Assembly (NCBI GenBank): GCA_048594645.1
Contig: JBMDWR010000167.1
Coordinates: 1-55,658 of the forward strand
Direction: 5' to 3'
Origin: Actinomycetota bacterium
GTDB lineage: Bacteria; Actinomycetota; UBA4738; HRBIN12
Length of the DNA stretch: 55,658 nucleotides
The notes below the pieces were generated by a model, which was not told where the DNA came from, did no database searches, and saw only the letters and a list, made by a program, of their open reading frames with translations. The position numbers and the translations under genes were made by a program. Below are positions 42,775 through 52,956 of this stretch, piece by piece. The first letter of the stretch is position 1; every line of letters starts with the position of its first letter.

Positions 42775-42783
42775 GCCGCGATT

Positions 42784-44139
42784 CTAGCCTCGGCTCGCCT
42801 CACGCCTGCGGAAGGCCGCGACGAACATCGCGTCGCATCCGTGCCGGTGCGGCCACAGCCGAACGCGCTCGGCCCGACCATCCGGTCCGGCGATCGGGAC
42901 GGGTTCGAGCTGGGGCGCCCGACGCAGGATCGCGTCACACGCCGCGTCGGTCTCGGCGCGCGGGAAGGTGCACACGCTGTACACGAGCCGGCCGCCCGGT
43001 CGCAGCAGCCGCGCGGCCGCGGTCGCGATGCCCACCTGCAACCGAGCGAGACCTGAGAGCTCTTCCTTCCGACCGCGCCACAGCAGCTCGGGCCGACGGC
43101 GTGCCGATCCGATCCCGGAGCACGGGGCGTCGACCAGCACCCGGTCGAACGAGCCGTCGACCGCGGGGCGTCGCCCGTCCTGCACCAAGAGATCGGCGCG
43201 CACCCCGAGCCGCTCGAGCACACCGCGGACCAGACCGAGTCGGGCGGGAGACACGTCGGCCGCGACGACGAGCCCCTCGGGCTCGACGAGGCACGCGATG
43301 TGGCCGGTCTTCCCGCCCGGCGCCGCGCACACGTCGAGGACACGTTCGCCCGGATGCGGGTCGAGAGCCGCTACCACGAACGACGAGGCCTGATCCTGCA
43401 CCGCGAACCATCCGTCGGCGAACCCAGGGAGCCGAGACGGCGCGCCCGTCACGACCAGCAGCGAGCCGGGATGGAGCCGCCCCCGTTCGGAGCGGACGTC
43501 CGCGTCGGCGAGGGCACGCTCGAGCTCCTCGACGGACGTCCGGCACGTGTTCGTCCGCAGCGTGAGCGATCCGCGCTCGGCCAGCGCCGCCGCGGCCTCG
43601 TCGATCTCGGCGGGTTCGGATAGTACGCGCCGGAGCTCGCGCACCGCCCACTCGGCGAGACCGGTCCGAAGCGCGACTGCGGCGTCCTCGGACCCTTGTG
43701 GCAGCTCGACCGGTGCCGTCGACAGACGCCGGAGCACCGCGTTGACGAACCCGCGATGACGCGGGTCGGCAAGGGCCACCGTCTGCGAGACGGCGGCGTG
43801 CGAGGGCACGCGCGTGAACCGCAGCTGGTACGCGCCGAGCCTGAGCGCCGCACGCGCCGCCTTGGGCGCGGTCTCGAGCGGTCGCTCCAGGAGCGGCGTG
43901 AGCGCGTGGTCGATCGGAACGAGCCGGCGGAGCGTTCCGTAGGTGAGCTCCGTCGCGAACGCCGCGTCGCGCTCGGGCAGCGCCGCGCGCTGCAGCGTTC
44001 TGGCGAGCGCGAGGTTGGAGTACGCGCCCTCGTCGGTGACCCGCCGGATCACGTCCAGCGCGACCGACCGCGCGCTCGGACGCGAGTGCGGGCCCGAACG
44101 GGCACCCGCGCCAGGACGCGGGCCCGAACGGGCGCTCAC
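42784..44139 (-). CDS. rsmB: 16S rRNA (cytosine-C5)-methyltransferase RsmB/Sun family
   Basis: GTG 44139 overlaps the fmt stop (GTGA). It has the NusB-like N-terminal domain, the SAM motif VLDVCAAPGGKT, and the catalytic DAPCSG and TFPRAE (TC-type) motifs. Confidence 0.88.
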   Translation of the reverse strand: MSARSGPRPGAGARSGPHSRPSARSVALDVIRRVTDEGAYSNLALARTLQRAALPERDAAFATELTYGTLRRLVPIDHALTPLLERPLETAPKAARAALRLGAYQLRFTRVPSHAAVSQTVALADPRHRGFVNAVLRRLSTAPVELPQGSEDAAVALRTGLAEWAVRELRRVLSEPAEIDEAAAALAERGSLTLRTNTCRTSVEELERALADADVRSERGRLHPGSLLVVTGAPSRLPGFADGWFAVQDQASSFVVAALDPHPGERVLDVCAAPGGKTGHIACLVEPEGLVVAADVSPARLGLVRGVLERLGVRADLLVQDGRRPAVDGSFDRVLVDAPCSGIGSARRRPELLWRGRKEELSGLARLQVGIATAAARLLRPGGRLVYSVCTFPRAETDAACDAILRRAPQLEPVPIAGPDGRAERVRLWPHRHGCDAMFVAAFRRREASRG

Positions 44140-45101
44140 GTGAGTCGCTCTCCGACACGCGGGCGGTGGCCGTTGACGAAGTCGCGGACGTGCATGCGCC
44201 TTCGGCCGGCCGGCGCGAGCTCGAGCGGGGCGAACCCGTCCGTCGCGGTCGCGACGACGAACCCGTCCTTGCCGGCGGCGACCACGGTGCCGGGTCCATC
44301 GGGCGTGTCCGTCCCGTCGCGGCCGTGGGGGTCGAGCCCAACGGTGTCGGCGCGGAACACCTTCAGCGTCTCGCCGCGGAAGCGGGTCGTCGCGCCCGGC
44401 TCGGGCGACATGGCCCTGCACAGGTTCACGAGGTCTCGCGCCGGCGCGCTCCATCGGAGCTTCCGGTCGCCGGGCCCGAGCTTGCGCGTGAACGTCGCAC
44501 GTGTCTCGTCCTGCGCGCGCGGTTCGAGCGAACCGGTCGCGAGGGCGTCGACCGTCTCGACCAGCAGGCGTGCGCCCGCCGAAGCGAGCCGATCGCCGAG
44601 CGAGCCGGCATCGTCGTTCGGGGCGATCGCCTCGGTCCGCTGCAGGAGGACCGGGCCGGTGTCCATCCCGGCGTCCATCACGATCGTCGTCACGCCGGTC
44701 TCCTCGTGACCCTCGAGGAGCGCTGCCTGAACCGGGCTCGCGCCGCGCAGCAGCGGCAACAGGGAGAAGTGCAGGTTGACGGGCGCGATGGACGGCGTCT
44801 CGAGTACCTCGCTCGGCAGGATCTCGCCGTACGCGACGACGGCGAGCACGTCCGCGTCGCTCGCGCGGAGCGCGTCGAGGCCGGGACCGCGCTTGACCGT
44901 CTCGACCTCGAACAGCGGCGATCCCACTCGCCGTGCCGCGTCGGCGACCGGCGTGGCGCGGAGGCGGTTGCCTCGGCCCGCCGGCCTCGGCACGGCCGTC
45001 ACGACGGCGACGACGACATGATCCGATGCTGCGAGCGCCTCGAGCGCGGGAACCGACCAGCGGTCGTTGCCGAGGAACGTGACGCGGACCGAGCGGCTCA
45101 C
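44136..45101 (-). CDS. fmt: methionyl-tRNA formyltransferase
   Basis: 321 aa with NLHFSLLPLLRGASPVQAALLEG and TGVTTIVMDAGMDTGPVL. Confidence 0.93.
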   Translation of the reverse strand: MSRSVRVTFLGNDRWSVPALEALAASDHVVVAVVTAVPRPAGRGNRLRATPVADAARRVGSPLFEVETVKRGPGLDALRASDADVLAVVAYGEILPSEVLETPSIAPVNLHFSLLPLLRGASPVQAALLEGHEETGVTTIVMDAGMDTGPVLLQRTEAIAPNDDAGSLGDRLASAGARLLVETVDALATGSLEPRAQDETRATFTRKLGPGDRKLRWSAPARDLVNLCRAMSPEPGATTRFRGETLKVFRADTVGLDPHGRDGTDTPDGPGTVVAAGKDGFVVATATDGFAPLELAPAGRRRMHVRDFVNGHRPRVGERLT

Positions 45102-45145
45102 GCGTGGAGGATACGTTCGCGGCCGGGAGCCCCCCTCCCGTGTCG

Positions 45146-45640
45146 TCAGGGTTCGGAGCGCTGGACCTCGAGCTCACGCAGCTGCCGCATCACGTCCCGA
45201 CGCCCACCCTCGTCGAGCCGGTCGATGTACAGCATGCCGCTCAGGTGATCCGTCTCGTGCTGGAAGATCCGCGCGAGCAGTCCCTCGGCTCGGATGTCGA
45301 CCACGTTCCCGTCGAGATCACGGCCCCGGAGCCGAACCCGGCGAGCGCGCACCGTGTCGTGGTAGGGACCCGGGATCGACAGGCACCCCTCCTCGATCGT
45401 GTCCTCGCCATCGAGCTCCGAGAGCTCCGGGTTGGCGACGAAGCCGCTGTTCCCGTCGTGATCGTCGTAGACGAAGCACGCGATCCGCAGACCCACCTGG
45501 TTGGCCGCCAGCCCGACGCCCGGAGCCGCGTGCATCGTCTCGACCATGTCGTCGGCGAGCAGGCGGAGGGCGTCGTCGAAGCGTTCGACCGGGATCGCCT
45601 TCTCGCGAAGGACGGGGTCGCCGAGCGTCCTGATCGGCAT
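45146..45640 (-). CDS. def: peptide deformylase
   Basis: ATG 45640 (MPIRTLGDPVLREK...). The motifs are GVGLAANQVG, EGCLSIPG and QHETDHLSG. Confidence 0.93.
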   Translation of the reverse strand: MPIRTLGDPVLREKAIPVERFDDALRLLADDMVETMHAAPGVGLAANQVGLRIACFVYDDHDGNSGFVANPELSELDGEDTIEEGCLSIPGPYHDTVRARRVRLRGRDLDGNVVDIRAEGLLARIFQHETDHLSGMLYIDRLDEGGRRDVMRQLRELEVQRSEP

Positions 45641-45680
45641 CACGGTCACGGTCCGTCCCCCACGGTCCCCTCCCACCCGG

Positions 45681-47540
45681 TCACAGGTGCGGTTCGGCAT
45701 CGACCCTGGTGACGACCGCGCGTACCGCCAGGCGGCGTAGCGCCTCGGCGAACATCGACAGGTCACCGGGGTCGACCGCGACCAAGCATATCGTCGCGGC
45801 TTCCGCGTTCGAGGCGATCAGCGTCCGGTGCGGGAGCGATCGCAGCTCGGCCTCGAGGTCGTGCGTCCCCGTCACGCGGAACACCGGCGAGCCGGGTGGG
45901 AACCCCGCCTCCGCGCGCCTCGGCGCCTCGGCGCGATGGAACCGATCGGGCCGGGCCGAGACGAGGGCCTGGACGGCGGGATCGTTCGCCCGGTTCGTGT
46001 GGACGATCACGCGTCCGTCGGGTCGCGCGAGCGCGGCCGCCTCGAACCACGTGACGAGCGCGCGCTCCCGCGCGTCCACCCCCGGGCGATGCAGCGACAC
46101 GTCCGCGTTCAAGATCGCCACGAGATCCAGGCCGAGCGCGCCGACGTCCTTGAGCGCGTCGGTCCCACCGACCACCACCTCGCGTTCGAGCGGCGGTCGC
46201 GGCCGGTCGCCCGGCCCGAGCAAGGTCACGGGAACCCCCGCGACGCCGGCCGCCCACTCCTCCACACGTTCGGCGCCGCGGCGGACGACGCCGAAGTCGC
46301 TCGCGCCGCAGCCGGCACAGCGTCCAGGCGCCTCGCAGACCACGCACCGGATGCTGCCACGCTGCAGGCGCAACATGCCGAGGCAGGATGCGCACGCCGC
46401 CGGCTCGCCGCAGGCGCGACAGACGCGGGCGACGCCGTAACCGCGTACGGGCTCGAACAGGAAGGCTCGCCTCGTTCGTCGGAGCTCGCGGAGCAGGCGA
46501 GGCGAGCGGCCCTCGGGTCCCGGCTTCACGATCTCGACGGGGGGCCACGGCCGGCCGACGGGTTCGATCAGGACATGCTCTGCGGCGGTGGCCTCGAGCG
46601 TCGGACAGAACCCGCTCAGCACGCACACGGCACGCTCGATGCCGGCGCGCATCCGAGCGACGTCGCGGGCGTGGTACGACGGCGAACGCTCCTCGCGGTG
46701 CTGGGCGTGACCCTCTCGATGCACGTAGATGACGCCCAGGTCGCCGAGCGGCGCGAACACGGCCGGCCGCGTCCCGACGACGACGCGGTAGGCCCCGTTC
46801 ACGATGTCGATCCACGTTCGGTATCGGGTCCGCTTGTCCCCGCCCAGGAACAGCACGGCGTCGTCGCCGAACGCGTCCGCCACCGCCGCCGCCGTAGCGG
46901 GGAGCGGGTCGGCCTCGGCAACGACGACGATCGCGGTTCGTCCGCCGGCGAGCGCGGCGCCGACGCACCCGACCGCGAACGCCGCCTCATCGGCCGGGGC
47001 CGGCCGCACGACGAAGGTCCCGGCGCCCTTCCCGAGCATCGCGCGCAAGCGCTCGGCGTTGCGGTACCGGTCACCGAGCGTATCGTCATCGGAGCCGGCG
47101 GGTCGACGCTCGCCCTCCGGTCGTGCTCGGGGACGCCTGCCCTCCTCGGAGGCGACGCGTGGAGGGATCGCGCGACCGATGATCGTGGCGAGGGGCGCGA
47201 CGTACCGCTCGCTCAGGGCGCGGAACAGCCGCAGGGTCCGCTCGTCGAAGAAGCGGACCGGCGACACGCGCGATCGGACGTCCGCGACCCGCTCAGGAAC
47301 GTCGTCGGTGGGCGCGAGCACCCAGCCGCGGATCAGCCGCCCGTGGAACGGGACCTGGACGAGCGAGCCGACCCCCGCATCGAGCGCCTCGGGGAGCTCG
47401 TACGTGAACGGCCTGTCGAGCGACAGGACGGGCCGGTCGACGCACACCGCGACGGGACCGGCGAGGCGTTCGGCGCTTCCCGTCCGTGGAGGGCTGGAGG
47501 GGGCGGCCGGGACGTCAGGCGAGCGCGCGGCGGAGCTCAT
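45681..47540 (-). CDS. priA: primosomal protein N' (PriA) homolog lacking recognisable Walker A / DEAH motifs
   Basis: 619 aa. It has the N-terminal 3'-DNA-binding-like region ([22 protein letters not shown]...[15 protein letters not shown]). The Cys-rich zinc region [13 protein letters not shown]...[14 protein letters not shown] is also present. RPAPADEA stands where GxGKT is expected, and VHREGH where DEEH is expected. Confidence 0.8.
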   Translation of the reverse strand: MSSAARSPDVPAAPSSPPRTGSAERLAGPVAVCVDRPVLSLDRPFTYELPEALDAGVGSLVQVPFHGRLIRGWVLAPTDDVPERVADVRSRVSPVRFFDERTLRLFRALSERYVAPLATIIGRAIPPRVASEEGRRPRARPEGERRPAGSDDDTLGDRYRNAERLRAMLGKGAGTFVVRPAPADEAAFAVGCVGAALAGGRTAIVVVAEADPLPATAAAVADAFGDDAVLFLGGDKRTRYRTWIDIVNGAYRVVVGTRPAVFAPLGDLGVIYVHREGHAQHREERSPSYHARDVARMRAGIERAVCVLSGFCPTLEATAAEHVLIEPVGRPWPPVEIVKPGPEGRSPRLLRELRRTRRAFLFEPVRGYGVARVCRACGEPAACASCLGMLRLQRGSIRCVVCEAPGRCAGCGASDFGVVRRGAERVEEWAAGVAGVPVTLLGPGDRPRPPLEREVVVGGTDALKDVGALGLDLVAILNADVSLHRPGVDARERALVTWFEAAALARPDGRVIVHTNRANDPAVQALVSARPDRFHRAEAPRRAEAGFPPGSPVFRVTGTHDLEAELRSLPHRTLIASNAEAATICLVAVDPGDLSMFAEALRRLAVRAVVTRVDAEPHL

Positions 47541-48702
47541 CCGCGCGATCGGTCGACTCCCACGGGAACTCCTTTCGACCGAAGTGCCCGTAGGAGGCGG
47601 TGTCTTCGTAGATCGGCCGGCGGAGGTCGAGGTCTCGGATGATCGCCGCGGGCCGGAAGTCGAACGCCTCCCACACGGTGTCGACGATCCGCGCGGGGTC
47701 GACCTGCTCCGTTCCGAACGCGTCCACGGCGAGCGACACGGGGTGCGCGGTGCCGATCGCGTACGCCACCTGGATCTGGAGGCGCTCGGCGATGCCGGCG
47801 CTCACGAGGTTCTTGGCGACGTAACGGGCCATGTATGCGGCCGAGCGGTCGACCTTGGTGGGATCCTTGCCCGAGAAGCAACCGCCTCCGTGCGGCGCCA
47901 TGCCGCCGTAACTGTCCACGATGATCTTGCGACCGGTGAGCCCCGTGTCTGCCTTGGGTCCACCGATCTCGAACCGTCCCGTTGGGTTGACGAGGATCCG
48001 AACGTCTTCGGCGTCCAGATCGAACTCCCGCAGCACGGGATCGATCACCTCCGAGCGAACGTCGGGCGCGAGCAGCGTCTCGACGTCGACCTCCTCACGG
48101 TGCTGCGCGCTGATGAGCACGGTGTCCACCCGTTTGGGGACGCCTCCCTCGTACGCCACCGACACCTGGCTCTTGCCGTCGGGACGGAGGTACGGAACGA
48201 CGCCGGCCTTGCGAACGTCCGCGAGTCGCTTCGCGAGCCGGTGCGCCATCGCGATCGGCACCGGCATGAGGTCGTCGGTCTCGACGCACGCGAAGCCGAA
48301 CATCATTCCCTGATCTCCCGCGCCAAGCACGTCGAGCGCATCGGGCGAGTGACCCTCTCGATGCTCGAGCGCGTCGTCGACGCCGCGCGCGATGTCCGCC
48401 GACTGCTCCTGGATCGACGTGATGACGCCGCACGTCGCTCCGTCGATGCCGAAGTTGGCGTCGGTGTACCCGATCTCGGTGATCGTCGTGCGCACGACCG
48501 CCGGGATGTCCACGTACTCCGACGTGGTGATCTCGCCGGCGACCATCACGAGACCGGTGGTGACGAGCGTCTCGCACGCCACGCGCCCGTTGGGATCGGT
48601 CGCCAGGATCGCATCGAGGACCGCATCCGAGATCCGGTCCGCGAGCTTGTCCGGATGCCCCTCGGTGACGGACTCCGAGGAGAACAGGTACGCATGGCTC
48701 AT
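47515..48702 (-). CDS. metK: S-adenosylmethionine synthase
   Basis: ATG 48702. [37 protein letters not shown] and [19 protein letters not shown] are canonical MetK motifs. Confidence 0.95.
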   Translation of the reverse strand: MSHAYLFSSESVTEGHPDKLADRISDAVLDAILATDPNGRVACETLVTTGLVMVAGEITTSEYVDIPAVVRTTITEIGYTDANFGIDGATCGVITSIQEQSADIARGVDDALEHREGHSPDALDVLGAGDQGMMFGFACVETDDLMPVPIAMAHRLAKRLADVRKAGVVPYLRPDGKSQVSVAYEGGVPKRVDTVLISAQHREEVDVETLLAPDVRSEVIDPVLREFDLDAEDVRILVNPTGRFEIGGPKADTGLTGRKIIVDSYGGMAPHGGGCFSGKDPTKVDRSAAYMARYVAKNLVSAGIAERLQIQVAYAIGTAHPVSLAVDAFGTEQVDPARIVDTVWEAFDFRPAAIIRDLDLRRPIYEDTASYGHFGRKEFPWESTDRADELRRALA

Positions 48703-48752
48703 GTCCGCGCGAGCATAGCAGCGGCCCCGGACGCGCTCGCGGGCGGGGTGCA

Positions 48753-49958
48753 TCAGGTGGTGAGGATCTTCGCGAGCCGGTCGCAGATTGCCGTCGCGAG
48801 CTCGCGCTTGGTCCACTCGCGCATCGGCTCGTCCTCGCCCGCGGCGTCCAGGATCGCGGCCCGGTTGGTGTCGGACCCGAACCCCGTGCCCTCGCGGCCC
48901 ACCTCGTTGGCGACCACGAGGTGCACGCGCTTGCGGCGCAGCTTCTCGCGCCCCGCCGTCTCGACGTCGTCGGTCTCGGCGGCGAACCCGACGAGCACCG
49001 GGCCGCCCGTTCCCCCGAGCTCCGCCAGGATGTCGGGCGTCGGGACCAGCCGGACCTCGGGGGCCCCGTCGTCCTTCTTGAGCTTGGACTCGGCCGCGTT
49101 CTCGGGCCTGAAGTCGGCGACGGCCGCGGCCATCACCACCGCGTCGGCCTCCGCCGCGACGTCGAGCACCGCCCGCCGCATCTCGTCGGCCGTCGTGACG
49201 CGGACGACCGACGGACCCTCCGGCGGCTCGAGCGTCCCCGGGCCGATCACGAGCGTGACGTCCGCGCCTCGCGCGAACGCCTCGGCGGCCACGGCGAACC
49301 CCATCTTGCCCGTCGACCGGTTCCCGACGAACCGAACGGGATCGATCGGCTCCCACGTGGGACCGGCGGTGACGACGATCCGCCGTCCCGCGAGATCGCC
49401 CGCCGCGGCGAGGACGTCCTCGATCGCCTGGAGGATGTCCGCCGGTTCGCTCATGCGCCCCGGACCCTCGTCGCCGGCGGCGAGCGCCCCGCGGACCGGG
49501 CCGACGAGCCGCACGCCGCGCGACGTGAGCGTCGTGACGTTGGCCTGCGTCGCGGGATGCTCCCACATGCCGGTGTGCATGGCGGGCGCGAGCACGAGCG
49601 GGCACGTCGCCTCGAGCAGCGTCGAGGTCAGGAGGTCGTCGGCGATGCCTTGGGCCAGCTTCGCGACGACGTTCGCGGTGGCGGGTGCCACGACGGCGAT
49701 GTCTGCCTCGTGGGCGAGCCGCACGTGAAGGATCTCGCCGGATCCGTTCCACAGGTCGGAGTACACGCGATGGTCCGACAGCGCGGCGAACGTCGCGGGA
49801 CCGACGAAGCGTTCGGCCGAACGCGTCATCACGACGCGGACGGCCGCTCCGCGAAGGCGCAGGAGCCGCACGAGGATGCAGGACTTGTACGCGGCGATGC
49901 CGCCGGTGACGCCGAGCAGCACCGTTCGGCCCGACAGGACGGAACGCTCGGTCGCCAC
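48753..49958 (-). CDS. coaBC: bifunctional phosphopantothenoylcysteine decarboxylase / phosphopantothenate--cysteine ligase
   Basis: 401 aa. GTG 49958 follows GAAGGAGG. It has [16 protein letters not shown] and the CoaB part NRSTGKMG. Confidence 0.93.
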   Translation of the reverse strand: MATERSVLSGRTVLLGVTGGIAAYKSCILVRLLRLRGAAVRVVMTRSAERFVGPATFAALSDHRVYSDLWNGSGEILHVRLAHEADIAVVAPATANVVAKLAQGIADDLLTSTLLEATCPLVLAPAMHTGMWEHPATQANVTTLTSRGVRLVGPVRGALAAGDEGPGRMSEPADILQAIEDVLAAAGDLAGRRIVVTAGPTWEPIDPVRFVGNRSTGKMGFAVAAEAFARGADVTLVIGPGTLEPPEGPSVVRVTTADEMRRAVLDVAAEADAVVMAAAVADFRPENAAESKLKKDDGAPEVRLVPTPDILAELGGTGGPVLVGFAAETDDVETAGREKLRRKRVHLVVANEVGREGTGFGSDTNRAAILDAAGEDEPMREWTKRELATAICDRLAKILTT

Positions 49959-50001
49959 GCGCCTCCTTCGCGTCGGCCGGCGAACGGCCGGCTGCGACGC
50001 G

Positions 50002-50247
50002 CTACTTGATCCCGATGCTCTCGGGACGCTCGGCGCTGATCTTGCCCTCGGCGATCTCCTCGAGCGCGATCGAGAGCGGCTTGTTGCGAAGGCCGGTCTC
50101 GACGAGAGGCGGGACGAACTCCGCGCGTCCCTCGCCGAGCTGGTTGTAGTAGGAGTTGATCTCCCTCGCGCGCTTGGCGGACAGCGTCACGAGCGTGTAC
50201 TTCGAGTCCACCTGCGAGAGCAGGTCGTCGATCTTCGGCTCGATCAT
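50002..50247 (-). CDS. rpoZ: DNA-directed RNA polymerase subunit omega
   Basis: ATG 50247 overlaps the gmk stop (ATGA). [26 protein letters not shown] is the canonical omega motif. Confidence 0.92.
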   Translation of the reverse strand: MIEPKIDDLLSQVDSKYTLVTLSAKRAREINSYYNQLGEGRAEFVPPLVETGLRNKPLSIALEEIAEGKISAERPESIGIK

Positions 50248-50879
50248 CGTTCCGGGGATCCTTCCCAGTCGTGGGCCGTGCGTGGGGCCGTCTCCGTCGC
50301 CACGCCGTGTCCCTGCGGCGGGGACGCAACGATGATAGCAGCGACCTCCCGCGCGGCCTGTTCGACGTCGTCGTTCACCACGGCGTGATCGAACCGATCC
50401 CGCTGGGCCAGCTCGCGCTCGGCCTCGGCCAGGCGTCGAGCGAGCAGGTCCACATCCTCGGTACCGCGCGCCCGGAGCCGCCGCTCCAGCTCGGCGAGCG
50501 ACGGCGGCTCGAGCAGGATCAGCACGGCCTCCGGCACCTCGTCGCGGACCTGTCGCGCGCCCTGGACGTCGATCTCGAGGATCGTGTCCACGCCTTGCGC
50601 ACGGGCCTCGATCAGCGGCTCGAGCGGTGTCCCGTACCGCGATCCGAAGACCTCCGCCCATTCCAGGAGCCGGTCCCCCTCGATCAGGCCGTCGAACGCG
50701 GCGTCGGAGACGAACCGGTAGTCGACGCCGTCGCGCTCGCCGGCCCGCGGTGGCCGGGTCGTCACCGAGACAGAGACGGCGAGGCCCGGCACCAGCTCTC
50801 GCACCCGCCGGACGACCGTCCCCTTGCCGACGCCCGACGGACCGGCGAGGACGAACAGCCTTCCGAGCCGGCCGGCCAG
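50244..50879 (-). CDS. gmk: guanylate kinase (start codon uncertain)
   Basis: It has the P-loop [29 protein letters not shown] and the lid and NMP-binding patterns. No in-frame ATG/GTG/TTG lies between the mihF stop (50885-50887) and the P-loop. CTG at 50877-50879 is given as a provisional 5' limit. Confidence 0.8.
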   Translation of the reverse strand: MAGRLGRLFVLAGPSGVGKGTVVRRVRELVPGLAVSVSVTTRPPRAGERDGVDYRFVSDAAFDGLIEGDRLLEWAEVFGSRYGTPLEPLIEARAQGVDTILEIDVQGARQVRDEVPEAVLILLEPPSLAELERRLRARGTEDVDLLARRLAEAERELAQRDRFDHAVVNDDVEQAAREVAAIIVASPPQGHGVATETAPRTAHDWEGSPER

Positions 50880-50884
50880 CGCCG

Positions 50885-51199
50885 TTACTTCTTCGCGAAC
50901 TCGCCGAGGAGCGACTCGCGCTGCTTGGCGCCGAGACCCCGAACGCGTCGGCTGGCGGAGATGTCGAGACGCTCCATGATCTTGCGCGCCCGGACCTTCC
51001 CCACACCCGGGAGCGACTCGAGGACCGTCGAGACCTTCATCTTGCCGACGGTGTCGTCGTCCTGACGGGACAGCACGTCCTTCAGCGTGAGCTTCCCGGA
51101 CTTCAGCTGGCCCTTCAGCTCGGCGCGCTTCTTCCGCGCCTCCGCGGCTTTCTCGAGGGCCTGCTTGCGCTGCTCCTCCGTCAGGACTGGCAAGGGCAT
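50885..51199 (-). CDS. mihF: integration host factor MihF (actinobacterial type)
   Basis: ATG 51199 lies 5 nt after [36 protein letters not shown]...[16 protein letters not shown] matches the actinobacterial mIHF pattern. Confidence 0.9.
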   Translation of the reverse strand: MPLPVLTEEQRKQALEKAAEARKKRAELKGQLKSGKLTLKDVLSRQDDDTVGKMKVSTVLESLPGVGKVRARKIMERLDISASRRVRGLGAKQRESLLGEFAKK

Positions 51200-51236
51200 G
51201 GGAACGCTCCTTCGCTCGGGGTTGGGAACGTCGGCG

Positions 51237-51266
51237 AGCATAGTCACGGCCCGTCGAGGGCGTCAA
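51237..51266 (-). promoter_or_regulatory. candidate SigA-type promoter of mihF
   Basis: Minus strand TTGACG (51261-51266), an 18-nt spacer and TATGCT (51237-51242). It lies ~35 nt upstream of the mihF ATG. Confidence 0.45.
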
Positions 51267-51307
51267 CGCGACTCATGCGTGTCACCTGCGGTTTTCCAAC
51301 GCGTGCG

Positions 51308-51988
51308 TCAGCGGATCGACGCGCGGATCGAGCGCGCCGTCGCGGCCGGGTCCGCGGACGTTGTGATCGCGCGCCCGATCACGAGGTAGTCGGCGCCGCG
51401 TTCGATCGCTTCTGCCGGCGTGAGGATGCGCACCTGGTCGTGTCCGTTCGAACCCGCGGGCCGGATCCCGGGGACCACGAGACACGCCTGTTGCCCCAGC
51501 ACCTCGCGAACCTCAGACACGTCCTCGCCCGAGACGACGACGCCGTCGGCGCCCGCCGACGTCGCCTCGAAGGCGAGTGACGCGGCCGACGCGAGACCTT
51601 CGGCCAGGCTCGAAAGCACCGTTACGGCGATGACCTTCGGGACCGGATGACCCGACTCCTGCGCACCGCGCGCGCCTCCCCGCACCGCCGCGGCGACCAT
51701 CGCCTCGCCGCCCAGGGCATGGACCGTCATCATCTCGATCCCCATGCGGGCGCATGCCCGCGCCGCGCCCTCGACCGTGTTCGGGATGTCGTGCAGCTTC
51801 ACGTCAAGGAACACGGGCGCGAACGCGCGCATCCGATCCACGGCCGCCGGCCCCTCGCCGGCGAACAGCTCTAGCCCCACCTTGAGGATCGCGGCCTGCC
51901 CGTCGAGTCGCGCCGCCAGCCGCTCGGCCGCGTCGACGTCCGGCACGTCGAGCGCCACGATCAGCGGGTTCCGCGGGTGCGGGATCAC
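51308..51988 (-). CDS. pyrF: orotidine 5'-phosphate decarboxylase
   Basis: 226 aa with LIVALDV, FLDVKLHDIPNTV and a C-terminal YLVIGRAIT. The GTG start overlaps the pyrD stop (GTGA). Confidence 0.92.
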   Translation of the reverse strand: MIPHPRNPLIVALDVPDVDAAERLAARLDGQAAILKVGLELFAGEGPAAVDRMRAFAPVFLDVKLHDIPNTVEGAARACARMGIEMMTVHALGGEAMVAAAVRGGARGAQESGHPVPKVIAVTVLSSLAEGLASAASLAFEATSAGADGVVVSGEDVSEVREVLGQQACLVVPGIRPAGSNGHDQVRILTPAEAIERGADYLVIGRAITTSADPAATARSIRASIR

Positions 51989-52956
51989 GTGCTCGACCGG
52001 TCCGGCCCGCGGACCCGCAGCCGGCCGCGAAGCTCACCCGGAGAGGCGAAACCCTTCTCCTTCAGGTACGCCCCGATCCCGTGCGCGATGCCGACGTGTG
52101 CCGCCGGGTCGACGAGGAGCACCGTTCCCACCTGGAGGGCCCATGCGCCCGCGAGAAGGAACTCGATCGCGTCTTCGGCGGTCGAGATCCCGCCGACCCC
52201 GAGCACCGGCGTCGTCGGCATCGCCCGCGAGACCTGGTACACGGCCGCGAGGGCGAGCGGCTTGATCGCGGGGCCCGACAGGCCGGCCACGGGCACGGCG
52301 GTCCGCGTTCGCAGGCGCCGTGGGTCGACGGCGAGCCCCGGGACGGCATCGATCAGCGTCAGGCCGAACGCCCCGGCCCGAACGCACGCCTGGGCAACCT
52401 CGACGAGGCCAGGGAGCAACGGGGGAAGCTTGGCGAACACCGGCACACGAGACAACCGCGCGACCGCGCCGATCACCTCGGTGAGCCGCTCGGGCCGGCT
52501 GTAGAACGGGACGCCGTTGCGTTCGTCGTCGGGGCCGGACACCGGAACCTCGAGCGCCACGACGCCGGGTTTGAGGTGGACCGCGCTCGCGACGTTCACG
52601 AACTCGCCGAGGTTGGCACCGGTCACCGAGGCGATCACCGGGACACCGGCCTTGACCAGTCGCGGGAGGTCCTCATCGATGAACGCGAGCACGCCCGGGT
52701 TCTGCCACCCGGTCGCCGACAGGAGACCCGAGGCGGTCTCGGCGGTTCTGGGGGTCGGCGCGCCCTTGGACGGAGAGAACGTCAGGCTGCGCGTGACGAT
52801 GCCCCCGAGCTTCTGCGGCTCGACGAGCCCGGGGACGTCGTGACCCGTTCCGAGGCAACCGGACGCCGCGAGCACCGGGACCGGGAAACGCAGGCCGTTC
52901 AGGTCCACGCCGAGCGTGGGCCTCGTCGTCGATCGCGCGCTCCCGTCCCCGCTCAT
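51985..52956 (-). CDS. pyrD: dihydroorotate dehydrogenase, class 1B catalytic subunit
   Basis: ATG 52956 overlaps the pyrK stop (ATGA). PVLAASGCLGTG, the GGI-VTRS-type pattern, GLSGPAIKPLAL and GVGGISTAEDAIEFLLAGA are present. Confidence 0.9.
   Translation of the reverse strand: MSGDGSARSTTRPTLGVDLNGLRFPVPVLAASGCLGTGHDVPGLVEPQKLGGIVTRSLTFSPSKGAPTPRTAETASGLLSATGWQNPGVLAFIDEDLPRLVKAGVPVIASVTGANLGEFVNVASAVHLKPGVVALEVPVSGPDDERNGVPFYSRPERLTEVIGAVARLSRVPVFAKLPPLLPGLVEVAQACVRAGAFGLTLIDAVPGLAVDPRRLRTRTAVPVAGLSGPAIKPLALAAVYQVSRAMPTTPVLGVGGISTAEDAIEFLLAGAWALQVGTVLLVDPAAHVGIAHGIGAYLKEKGFASPGELRGRLRVRGPDRSST

Noticed and set aside
44088-44133. A 16-nt direct repeat GCGGGCCCGAACGGGC occurs twice, 30 nt apart, at the 5' end of rsmB.
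   Set aside because: It lies inside coding sequence and simply encodes a duplicated ARSGP peptide in a low-complexity N-terminal tail. There is no array structure and there are no spacers or flanking features suggesting CRISPR or a mobile element.
48703-48752. Leader of metK, checked for a SAM riboswitch.
   Set aside because: Only ~50 nt separate the coaBC stop from the metK start, too short for any SAM-riboswitch class, and no conserved core was seen. metK is probably co-transcribed with coaBC.
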